From NCBI GenBank assembly GCA_012295275.1, contig CM022677.1, positions 14,818,001 through 14,882,000 of the forward strand: a stretch of 64,000 nucleotides of DNA. The letters run 5' to 3'. The notes under the pieces are model-generated. The model was not told the DNA's origin, made no database searches, and saw nothing but the letters and a program-made list of their open reading frames with translations. Below, in pieces: positions 51,001-64,000 of the stretch. The number at the start of each line of letters is the position of its first letter. Positions within the stretch are counted from its first letter, which is position 1. This DNA is from Chrysomallon squamiferum. Lineage: Eukaryota > Animalia > Mollusca. The translations under genes were made by a program, and so were the position numbers.

Positions 51001-54000
51001 CTGATAACGATAGACACAGATACAGATAGATAAACACCTACTGATAATGATAGATACATATATAGATAGATAAACACCTACAGATAACGATAGATACAGA
51101 TATAGATAGATAAACATCTACTGATAACGATAGATAGAGATATAGATAGATAAACACCTACAGATAACGATAGATACAGATACAGATAGATAAACACCTA
51201 CAGATAAGGATAGATACAGATATAGTTTGATAAACACATGCAGATAACGATAGATACAGATATAGTTTGATAAACACCTGTAGATAATGATAGAAACAGA
51301 TATAGATTGATAAACACCTGTAGATAATGATAGATACAGATATAGATTGATAAACATCTACACATAGCAATATATACAGATATAGATTGATAAACATCTA
51401 CAGATAACGATAGATACAGATATAGTTTGATAAACACATGCAGATAACGATAGATACAGATACAGATAGATAAACATTTACAGATAACGATAGACACAGA
51501 TATAGTTTGATAAACATCTACAGATAACGATAAATACAGATATAGATTGATAAACATCTACAGATAAGAATAAATACAGATATAGATTGATAAACATCTA
51601 CAGATAACGATAGATACAGATACAGATAGATAAACACATGCAGATAACAACAGATAGAGATATAGATAGATAAACATATGCAGATAACAATAGACACAGA
51701 TACAGATAGATAAACACCTACAGATAACAGTAGATACAGATAGACAAACATCTACAGATAACGATAGATACAGATACAGATAGATAAAAACCTAAAGATA
51801 ACAATAGACACAGATACAGATATATAAACACATACAGATAACAATAGACACAGATACAGATAGATAAACACCTACTGATAACGACAGATATAGATATAGA
51901 TAGATAAACACCTACAGATAACGATAGATGCAGATATAGTTTGATAAACACCTGCAGAAAACGACAGATACAGATACAGATAGATAAACATCTACAGATA
52001 ATAATAGACACAGATACAGATATAGTTTGATAAACACATGCACATAACGATAGATACAGATACAGATAGATAAACACCTACAGATAATAATAGATACAGA
52101 TACAGATAGATACACACCTACTGATAACGATAAATACAGATACAGATAGATAAACACATGCATATAACAATAGACAGAGATATAGATAGATAAACACCTA
52201 TAGGTAACGATAGATACAGATAGATAAACACCTACAGATAAGGATAGATACAGATATAGTTTGATAAACACATGCAGATAACGATAGATACAGATATAGT
52301 TTGATAAACACCTGTAGATAATGATAGAAACAGATATAGATTGATAAACACCTGTAGATAATGATAGATACAGATATAGATTGATAAACATCTACACATA
52401 GCAATATATACAGATATAGATTGATAAACATCTACAGATAACGATAGATACAGATATAGTTTGATAAACACATGCAGATAACGATAGATACAGATACAGA
52501 TAGATAAACATTTACAGATAACGATAGACACAGATATAGTTTGATAAACATCTACAGATAACGATAAATACAGATATAGATTGATAAACATCTACAGATA
52601 AGAATAAATACAGATATAGATTGATAAACATCTACAGATAACGATAGATACAGATACAGATAGATAAACACATGCAGATAACAACAGATAGAGATATAGA
52701 TAGATAAACATATGCAGATAACAATAGACACAGATACAGATAGATAAACACCTACAGATAACAGTAGATACAGATAGACAAACATCTACAGATAACGATA
52801 GATACAGATACAGATAGATAAAACCTAAAGATAACAATAGACACAGATACAGATATATAAACACATACAGATAACAATAGACACAGATACAGATAGATAA
52901 ACACCTACTGATAACGACAGATATAGATATAGATAGATAAACACCTACAGATAACGATAGATGCAGATATAGTTTGATAAACACCTGCAGAAAACGACAG
53001 ATACAGATACAGATAGATAAACATCTACAGATAATAATAGACACAGATACAGATATAGTTTGATAAACACATGCACATAACGATAGATACAGATACAGAT
53101 AGATAAACACCTACAGATAATAATAGATACAGATACAGATAGATACACACCTACTGATAACGATAAATACAGATACAGATAGATAAACACATGCATATAA
53201 CAATAGACAGAGATATAGATAGATAAACACCTATAGGTAACGATAGATACAGATAGATAAACACCTACAGATAAGGATAGATACAGATATAGTTTGATAA
53301 ACACATGCAGATAACGATAGATACAGATATAGTTTGATAAACACCTGTAGATAATGATAGATACAGATATAGATTGATAAACACCTGTAGATAATGATAG
53401 ATACAGATATAGATTGATAAACATCTACACATAGCAATATATACAGATATAGATTGACAAACATCTACAGATAACGATAGATACAGATATAGTTTGATAA
53501 ACACATGCAGATAACGATAGATACAGATACAGATAGATAAACATTTACAGATAACGATAGACACAGATATAGTTTGATAAACATCTACAGATAACGATAA
53601 ATACAGATATAGATTGATAAACATCTACAGATAAGAATAAATACAGATATAGATTGATAAACATCTACAGATAACGATAGATACAGATACAGATAGATAA
53701 ACACATGCAGATAACAACAGATAGAGATATAGATAGATAAACATATGCAGATAACAATAGACACAGATACAGATAGATAAACACCTACAGATAACAGTAG
53801 ATACAGATAGACAAACATCTACAGATAACGATAGATACAGATACAGATAGATAAAAACCTAAAGATAACAATAGACACAGATACAGATATATAAACACAT
53901 ACAGATAACAATAGACACAGATACAGATAGATAAACACCTACTGATAACGACAGATATAGATATAGATAGATAAACACCTACAGATAACGATAGATGCAG

Positions 54001-54430
54001 ATATAGTTTGATAAACACCTGCAGAAAACGACAGATACAGATACAGATAGATAAACATCTACAGATAATAATAGACACAGATACAGATATAGTTTGATAA
54101 ACACATGCACATAACGATAGATACAGATACAGATAGATAAACACCTACAGATAATAATAGATACAGATACAGATAGATACACACCTACTGATAACGATAA
54201 ATACAGATACAGATAGATAAACACATGCATATAACAATAGACAGAGATATAGATAGATAAACACCTATAGGTAACGATAGATACAGATAGATAAACACCT
54301 GTAGATAACGATAGACACAGATACAGATATATAAACACCTACTGATAACGATAGATACAGATACAGATAGATAAACACCTACAGATAACGATAGATACAG
54401 ATAGAGATAGATAAACACATGGAGATACAG
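44740..54430 (+). repeat. ~40-bp satellite: degenerate at 44740-48370, homogeneous at 48370-54430 with ~785-bp (x2) and ~1033-bp (x3) higher-order repeats
   Basis: Identical repeat-derived ORFs in the track recur at 49788/50573 (785 apart) and 51198/52232/53265 (1034 and 1033 apart). (GATA)n at about 47967-48040. Confidence 0.95.
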
Positions 54431-54491
54431 CTGAATTGATGTGTCTTTACTTACAACAATATACAAACTGATGGATTAATGCGGAAATGCA

Positions 54492-54492
<1 letters not shown>

Positions 54493-54570
<78 letters not shown>

Positions 54571-54585
54571 TTCTCTCTCTCTCTC
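54493..54585. repeat. (TC)n microsatellite
   Basis: Direct reading. Confidence 0.97.
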
Positions 54586-54716
54586 AAACACAGATATCAC
54601 TTAGTCTAAAAATGATAGAAATTGTAAATTAAGTTGTTTTCTTATTTGCTATGTGTCCTATACTCTTTGAATTCAAAGTAAATTTTAGATGATTCCTCAC
54701 CACTGTTTTAATAAAT

Positions 54717-54838
54717 TGTACCTAAAATGCAGCGACACGGAGTCACCTGGTGAGTGATGACACCCCCACCTCGTAGTGGCTAATACGGTAATTTTTACTT
54801 GAAAATGGATTACCGGGGGACTGTTCACCATAGGTACA
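54717..54838. ncRNA. Candidate structured ncRNA or DNA element, 122 nt, copy 2
   Basis: 120 of 122 positions identical to 40821-40942, with all stems intact. Confidence 0.45.
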
Positions 54839-55272
54839 AAATATCAGTTTTAATTGTTATTCAATAAATTCTATCTATCTATCTGTGTGTGTATATACGC
54901 ACATACGCGAACACGCACACACACACATTATTTAGAAACAATACGTGTTCTAGCATTCACAAACATATACCTAAAGAAGCAGATACATACACTCATACAT
55001 GCATGTACACATACAAGCACGCACACACATAAATATATTCGTTCTCTCTGAAACTGTCGTTTGCCTCTTTCCTACATTCCTCATTTGACTATATGCAAAT
55101 TAGCGTTTTCTGCAGGAAGTACTCGTTTGATGATACGGAGAGTCCGAGGGAGAGATGATTTGGAAACCGTTTCTCACTTCTCCGTTCCAAAATATTTAAA
55201 GAATACGTTTACGTGTGGAATAAATTATGAAAATTGAATTTTTCTGTTACAGGTTTTTAAGCCAAAAAGGGT

Positions 55273-55373
<101 letters not shown>

Positions 55374-55819
55374 GCTGTATGTCCGTATTAATCCATCGGT
55401 GTCTGTATTATTACAAGTAAACACGTATCAATTCAACTGTATATATGTAAGTATATAGCTGTGTATGTGGAATATATTACACTGATATTGAATTTAGCTC
55501 CTATACGTGGATACACGTAGACACATTGTTATTACAGCTATAAACAGAAAAACTTTAAAATAAGTAACTCAGACAACAACATAAAAAATACGACAACGGT
55601 GACAATAACAATTGCAATTGTAATTATAAATAATAATAAAAAATTGAAATAAATAAAAAAGCACCAAAAGGAAGATAAAAGAAACAGAGAAAGAAAAGGA
55701 AAATGTAATTATCTCCCTTACTCTTCACGTTTTTAGTTAAGATGAGAGAAGCGTATCGTTATTGTGAAAAATATTCAATCTCAATCCTAAGATCATTTCG
55801 TGAAATGAAATAAAATGTG

Positions 55820-55851
<32 letters not shown>

Positions 55852-57285
55852 AATAAGTAAACGTTGAGGAAGTATGCAATACACAAATGATGTGTGTCAT
55901 AATAAATATTAATTTAAAAAATAAAATAAAATAAAAATAAAAATGAAAAAGAACACATTTTTCATGGGAAACAAAATAATTCGTATTCTTCCGCAATCAC
56001 ATACATTTTATTAACTTATTAAATTTCATGATAAGTTTATCATCATCATCATCATTTTTCTTCTTCTTCTTACTATAATTATTATTATTACTATTATTAC
56101 TATTATTATTATTAGTAGTAGTAGTAATAGTAGTATTATTTTCATTTGAAGGTGACGATAAAATCTACTTGTATGGTATAATAATAATACTAATAATACT
56201 TCTACTACTAATGATAATATTAAGGAATAAATAAATACAAAAATAAAGAAATAAAGAAAACATAAAACATAAACAAAAGGGATTGTTGACAGATTAAACT
56301 GGGAGCATACCCCTTAAGACACGTTCAGTGCGACGGAAGTAAAAGCGCTAATGAATATTCATAACAGTACCTTTCACGTCACATAGGTCTGACCTATATT
56401 TCATAATGGCGGAAAGAAATAAATGTTCTATGAGTGAACAGTATCCACTTTTACGTCAGTTCACATTATGGATATGTCTGTAAGATGGAAGACGTTAACG
56501 AAGTCGTCAGTGAGATTTGTTATACAACAGCAACTTTATTTTCACTCACTAGAACGACCAGATTTAGTTTTTGTGTAGATGGTGAGTCACCGAAAACAGC
56601 AACTTTATTTTCACTCACTAGAACGTTGATGTTAACTGAAATTAATTATTTTTCAGAATACAATGGTATTAATGTATGATGTTGTGCCAATTTCCCACAC
56701 ATCTTATATTATATTCTACAGATGAGGAACTACGTTCAAGACAAAAATGACTTATTTGTCACAAAAGTCTTCAATGGAAAGACGAATGTCACATGACTGG
56801 TTGTCTAGACACACTGACATAGGAACAGTTGGATGGACTGTGATGTATGTGGCATTTCGTCAAAAACCTTTGGGAGAAATTTGTGTGCTTAATTTGTAGA
56901 CTACAATGTTATTAATTTCATTGGAATCTAATTGGTTTTTTTTTTTTTTGGGGGGCTTGATTTTGTGTTTACTGTCCTGTTACTCAGCATTTCCCTAATG
57001 TTTTGTTTTTTCAATGAATTCATATAGATTTTTTTGTTTATTCATCATCAGTTTTGTAATGAAATACATTTGACATCAGCTGTCTTACTGTTTCAGTTAT
57101 TTATTGTATATTTAGCACTGATAAAAATAACCTTTTACATAAGTGAATGCATTGTGTTGTAAATCTTACTTTTTCTACATGACAATTTACAGTGATATAC
57201 GGCATGAACTTCAGGTCACCTATCTGAATCATCTCAGAAACATTCAAAGTTGATAATGCCACAGAACTGATAAAAACCACTATGG

Positions 57286-58495
57286 TAGAATGAACTAACA
57301 GGAACGATAACTCGTAACGGCATAAATTACGTCACGGGGAAAAAAAAAAAGTCTCCAAAAATGTCTTCGATTTCATGGAGACAAACAACACCTAAATGTT
57401 CTTTTCTGCTGGGTTCTGACAGGGGGAACATTAACAATTACAAAAGTTAATACATTAATCTTATTCCGCATTATAATTTCAGTTTATTATGCACAAAAAT
57501 AATCCAGTTTGAAAAGTTTGATCAAGTTGAAAAAGTAGTTACGAAATGCGCGCGAATTCATGGTTTAGTAAGATGAACAACCATCCTTATCTTTATCAGT
57601 GTTAATCATAAAAAGTTCAGAAAACAGACGTAAAATAATTGAATTTGGAATTTTAAAAATTTTCGTTAGCTCACGGAAACTTCCGATTGAGATAATAGAT
57701 AGTTGGCAACTTTTAAATGCGTATGCCTGCATAATGTAATCAATGCTACATGGATTATTGAAAGTAATTTGGGGAAATATATCATTTAATCAATGTCTCG
57801 TATACATAGATGTCTATTATTGAGTAGAAATTGCTACAAATGTCGAAACCTTTTTTTTTTTTTTTTTTCATAACTTTGACGTCATACCATCTCTTACATG
57901 TTTCGTACTATACATTTTTGTCAGATAGTATTACGACGTCGCCAGGCAAAAAAAAAAAATAAATAAATAAATAAATTAAAATAAATAAAATAAATAAATA
58001 AATAAAATAATAATAATAATATAATATAATAAAATAAATAATTTTCACAGACACTGCCGCGTGAATATGAAGATGACTGTTCTCATTAGGTACCATAATG
58101 TGGACATGTTATTCTGTTAAAACTCCCTTGTGGACAGTTCTGAGTACGTAGTTGTAATACGATACTTGAAACCATCATAATTCTTTTTTTTTTTTTTTTT
58201 TAAATAACATTTATTTCCATTTTCAATGCATTAAAATACAGGTAAAAAGCAAACAGATCACGGGTTATTTGAATGTTTGCCTTGATACATTCATTATAAC
58301 GCTTGAATGAAGCAGTTTTACAACAGAAAAAAAAATAATAATAAAAAAGTAAAAAAAAATAAAATAAAGTTAAAAATGAAATTTTCACTCTTTTTCGTTA
58401 AAACAAAAAGCATTCACCTTCTAAAACATGTTCTATTATGTATGCAAACAATGAGTTTCCTATTTGTATTTTTATAAAATCATTGGTTCATGCTA
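57286..58495 (+). mobile_element. Non-autonomous hAT-like DNA transposon (~1.2 kb)
   Basis: TIRs TAGAATGAACTAA / TTGGTTCATGCTA. Target duplication ACTATGG(T) at 57279-57286 and 58496-58503. The paralogous empty site with a single ACTATGGT is at 43851-43858. Confidence 0.85.
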
Positions 58496-59269
58496 ACTAT
58501 GGTTCTAAAATAAATAAATAAATAAATAAATGCTATGTTTTTGAATAGATTTTTACGGTGGTTTCTGATGTCTGTGGTATTTGTTGCAGCGCGCATTGTT
58601 GTTGAATTGATACTGGAAGCAAACTTACCATAATAATTAATATTTTACAACTATTTTTATTCATTTCGAAAATATACAAAGTTTCCGCCATGTAAACCAA
58701 TGACGTTATATTCGGTAATTTCCGTATTCCTGGCGGGTATAAATATGACGTCAACAATTGAAATCAGTGTGACTCGATCGCTTGCTTGGAGAAAGATGTC
58801 CTTCTGAAGGTGAATGTGATTGTTAATTCTGTTTTAATTTTTAGACTAATATTTCTGTGTTTAGCAATTCTTGGATTATTAAGTACTGGATTATTTACTT
58901 TGTTGTTACTAATTCTGCTGGATATTGTCCGTGAGTACAAAAAACTAATTCTGTTTTGTTTTGTTTTTCAGGAACTTCGTCTAAATGCTAGAAATAAACT
59001 GTGGTTATTGATCGGGAATCAGTTTTCAAAATTGGCATTTTATATCAAATTTGGCATACTCCGATCTATACTACATTTGCGAACCGTCTAAATTTGCGTC
59101 TGAATTATAGTATAACTTTTTGTTTTTATTACTTTTTATGTTTTTTGTTTTGATGACGCTTCTAAATTTAATAATAATAATTATGATAGTTACTTAGTAA
59201 ACAGTATACGACACAAAGTAAATTATCATTTAATTTATATAGTTATTTTATATTTAGATATTATAGACA

Positions 59270-62200
59270 GACAGACTCACAGACACACACACAGACATAG
59301 ATAGGTTGTGGATAGAGACATTCAAAAGCTTTTATTCATGAACACAGATTTACAGATTAACGGATACATAATGACCGATGGAAACATACAGTAAGATACA
59401 CATACAATATATATTTCTATTTGGAGATAACTATACATACACGTATGAATTGCTATGTAAGGTGATATATACTAAAGGAGACTGATATCAGACAACAACA
59501 GACATAACCATACTGGCATTTTTACACCAAATTTGGCATCCTCCGATCTATGTTACACTGGCGAACCGTCTAAATTTGCGTCTGAATTATAGTATAACTT
59601 TTTGTTATTATTATATTTTAATTTTTTTGTTTTGATGACGCTTCTAAATTTAATAATAATTATTATGATAGTTACTTAGAAAAAGAATATACAACACAAA
59701 GCAGATTATAATTTTATTTAGATTAGTACACACATACACATATATATACATTCATAACACATAAACATGATACATTTATGAACATTCTCAGAAATATTCG
59801 TTGATATAGAGACACATACGTACATAGGATATATATAGATAGAAAAACAAACCCAGATATATAGTGATAAACACCTACAGATAAAGATAGATACACACAC
59901 ATACATATAATGTTAAATAAACATATAGATTAATAATACATAATATAACCATAATGGAGGCACATATACATAACGATATAACTATATATAGGCTCCAACA
60001 TACAAATACTGATAGACATAGATATAGATTAATACCTACCAACAGATAACAACAGATACACATACAAATTGATAAACATGTACAGATACAGATACAGATA
60101 CAGATACATATAGATTAATACACACATACAATTATGGATACAGATATAGATAAATACAGACTAACATTTAATAATAGACACACCTCCAGATAAATACAAA
60201 CTTACATACAACTATAGTTAAATCTATACATTAATACACATTTACACATAACGATACATACAGACATAAATACCACCTATTCATATAATGAAGTATCATA
60301 TATAAATTGACAACATTGACAGGTAACAACAGAAACAGACATATTGTCAAACACTTACAGACAACAAACAGAAACAGATATACTGACAAACACTTAGACA
60401 TAACAATACAAACAGACATATTGACAAACACAGCTAACAACAGGAGATATATTGACAAAGACTTAGAGATAAAAATAGAAACACATATCTTGACTAACAC
60501 CTACACATAACGACAGAAACAGATATACTGACAAACACTTAGACATAACAATACAAACAGACATATTGACAATTACAGATAACAACACAGATATATTAAC
60601 AAACACAGCTAACGACAGGAGATATATTGACAAAGACTTAGAGATAACAACAGAAACAGATATCTTGACTAACACCTACATATAACGACAGAAACAGATA
60701 CACTGACAAACATTTAGAGATAACAACAAAAACAGATTTATTGACAAACAGTTACAGATAAGGAAAGAAACATATATACTGACAAAGACTTCCAGATAAC
60801 GACAGAAACAGATATGTTGAAAACCACTTAAAGATAAGGACAGAAACAGAAATATTGAAAACCACTTAAAAATAAGGACAGAAACAGATATATTCACAAA
60901 CACTTAAAGATAACAACACAAACACATATATTGACAAAGCCTTTCAGATAACGACAGAAACAGATATATTGACAAACACTTAAAGATCAGGACAGAAACA
61001 GATATATTGACAAACTCTAAAAAGATCAGGACAGAAACAGATATACTGACAAACTCTTAAAGATCAGGACAGACACAGATATATTGACAGACTCTTAAAG
61101 ATCAGGACAGAGACAGATATACGCACAAACATTTAGAGATAACAACAAAAACAGATATATTGACAAACAGTTACAGATACGGACAAAAACATATTGAAAA
61201 CTATTTAAAGATAACAACAGAAACAGATATATTGAAAACCACTTGCAGATAAGGACAGAAACAGATATATTGACAAACACAGGCAATGACAGAAAGACAT
61301 ACAAACAAATACTGACAGATAAGGACAGAAATAGATATCTTCACTAACACTTACACATAACGACAGGAGCAGATATATTAACAAACATTGAAAGACAAAT
61401 ACAGAAATAGATTCCAAAACATTTACAGACAATGACAAAAACAGACATATTGACAAACACCTAGAGATAACTACACAAACAGAAATATTGACAAAGACTT
61501 AGAGATAATGACAGAAACAGATATATTGAAAACCACTTAAAGATAAGGACAGAAACAGATATATTGACAAAGACTTTCAGATAACGATAGAAACAGATAT
61601 ATTGACAAAGAATTAAAAAGATAAGGACAGAAACAGACAAACTGACAAAGATTTAGAGATAACAACACAAACAGATATACTGACAAACATTTACAGATAA
61701 GGACAGAAACAGATATCTTCAGTAACACCTACACATAAGGAGAGAAACAGATATACTCACAAACATTTAGACATAACGACAAAAACAAATATATCAACAA
61801 ACAGTTACAGATAAGGACAGAAACATATATTGAAAACTATTTAAAGATAACGACAGAAACAAATACATTGAAAACCACTTGAAGATAAGCTCAGAAATAG
61901 ATATATTGACAAACGAGTTACACATAAAAAGAGAAACATATATACTGACAAACACTTACACATAAAAACAGAAATAGATATATTGAGAAACAGTTACAGA
62001 TAAAAACAGAAACATATATACTGACAAACACTTACACATAAAAACAGAAATATATATATTGACAAACAGTTGCAGATAAAAACAGAAACAGATATATTGA
62101 CACAGTTACACATAGAAACAGAAACAGATATACAGACAAACACAGACAGACACAAAAAGACATACTAACAAATACCGACAGATAAGGACAGAAATAGAAA

Positions 62201-64000
62201 TCTTGACTAACACTTACACATAACGACAGGAGCAGATATATTAACAAACATTGAAAGACAAATACAGAAATAGATTCCAAAACATTTACAGACAATGACA
62301 AAAACAGACATATTGACAAACACCTAGAGATAACTACACAAACAGATATATTGAGAAAGACTTACAGATAACGAAACAGATATATTGAAAACCACTTAAA
62401 GATAAGGACAGAAACAGATATATTGACAAAGACTTTCAGATAACGACAGAAAGAGATATATTGACAGACTTAAAAAGATAACGACAGAAACAGACAAACT
62501 GACAAACACTTACAGATAATGACACAAATAGATATCTCGACTAACACATACACATAAGGACAGAAACAGATATACTGAGAAACATTTAGAGATAACAACA
62601 AAAACAGATTTATTGACAAACAGTTACAGATAAGGACAGAAACATATACATTGACAACTATTTAAAGATAATGACAGAAACAGATATATTGACAAACTCT
62701 TAAAGATCAGGACAGAGACATATATTGTGAAACACCTAGAGATAACTAGACAAACAGATATATTGACAAAGACTTAAAGATAACAACACAAACACATATA
62801 CTGAAAAAGACTTTCAGATAATGACAGAAACAGATATATTGACAAACTCTTAAAGATCAGGACAGAGACATATATATTGACAAAGACATAAAAAGATAAC
62901 GACAGAAACAGACAAACTGACAAAGATTTAGAGGTAAGTAACGCAAACAGATATATTGACAAACTCTTTAAGATAACGACAGAAACATATATATTGACAA
63001 ACTCTTAAAGATAAGGACAGAGACAGATATATTGACAGTTACACATAAAAACAGAAACATATATACTGACAAACATTTACACATAAAAACAGAAACAGAT
63101 ATATTGACAAACAGTTACACATAAAAACAGAAACAGATATATTGACAAACACCTAGAGATAACTACACAGACAGACATATTGACAAACACTTACAGATAA
63201 GGACAGAAACAGACATATTGACAAACACTTACAGATAACTACACAAACAGACATATTGACACAGACTTACAGATAACGACAGAAACAGATATATTGACAA
63301 AAAGTTACACATAGAAACAGAAACAGATATATAGACAAAAAGTTACACATAAAAACAGAAACAGATATATTGACAAAAAGTTACACATAGAAACAAAAAC
63401 AGATATATAGACAAACACAGACAGACACAAAAAGACATACTAACAAATACCGACAGATAAGGACAGAAATAGATATCTTCACTAACACTTACACATAACG
63501 ACAGGAGCAGATATATTAACAAACATTGAAAGACAAATACAGAAATAGATTCCAAAACATTTACAAAGACAAAAACAGACATTGACAAACACCTAGAGAT
63601 AACTACACAAACAGAAATATTGACAAAGACTTACAGATAATGACAGAAACAGATATATTGAAAACCACTTAAAGATAAGGACAGAAACAGATATCATAAA
63701 AACCAGTTAAAAATAAGGACAGAAACAGATATATTAACAAACACTTAAAGATAACAACACAAACACATATATTCACAAAGACTTTCAGATAACGACAGAA
63801 AGAGATATATTGACAAAGACTTACAGATATCAACAGAAAGATATATATTGAAAACCACTTAAAAAAAAGGACAGAAACAGATACATTCACAAACACCTAG
63901 AGATAACTACACAAACAGATATATAGACAAAGACTTACAGATAATGACAGAAACATATATATTGAAAACCACTTGCAGATAAGGACAAAAACATATATAT
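59270..64000 (+). repeat. Satellite continuation, becoming a 38-bp variant (ACTTACAGATAAGGACAGAAACAGATATATTGACAAAC) from about 60300
   Basis: Period of 38 (ttacagat at 63191 and 63229). A longer block recurs near 61.3, 62.2 and 63.5 kb. Confidence 0.92.

Noticed and set aside
55093-55100. Octamer ATGCAAAT as a snRNA distal element for the 122-nt structure
   Set aside because: It is present next to only one of the two copies and is expected by chance in AT-rich DNA.
58786-59091. 101-aa hydrophobic ORF as a membrane protein
   Set aside because: It has a TTG start in T-rich intron-like sequence, and the paralogous region in copy 1 has indels that break the frame.

Overview
AT-rich, microsatellite-laden genomic DNA from an invertebrate animal (probably lophotrochozoan; this is an inference). 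There is no intact host protein-coding gene. The main feature is at 1-3411: the end of an apparently endogenous parvovirus/densovirus-like genome. Read on the minus strand it runs: intact terminal hairpin, TATA/Inr promoter, 121-aa ORF, densovirus-like capsid (VP) gene broken by one frameshift, second CRE/TATA/Inr promoter, then an NS1/Rep gene with a HUH motif that runs off the left edge. Capsid upstream of Rep on the same strand fits neither the usual NS-VP monosense layout nor the ambisense layout of Parvoviridae. The rest of the window holds decayed spliced pseudo-exons (CAMSAP-like, ankyrin-like), LINE remnants, a 38-bp minisatellite, two copies of a hAT-like non-autonomous transposon, a ~3-kb segmental duplication and a 200-N gap. 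From 36.4 kb onward a 38-40-bp satellite with higher-order repeats is interrupted twice by a ~4-kb unit bounded by inverted repeats. That unit carries promoters, spliced exons and a highly conserved 122-nt structured element. Most ORFs in the supplied track are artefacts of simple repeats. All family assignments come from motif recognition by eye, not from database searches.
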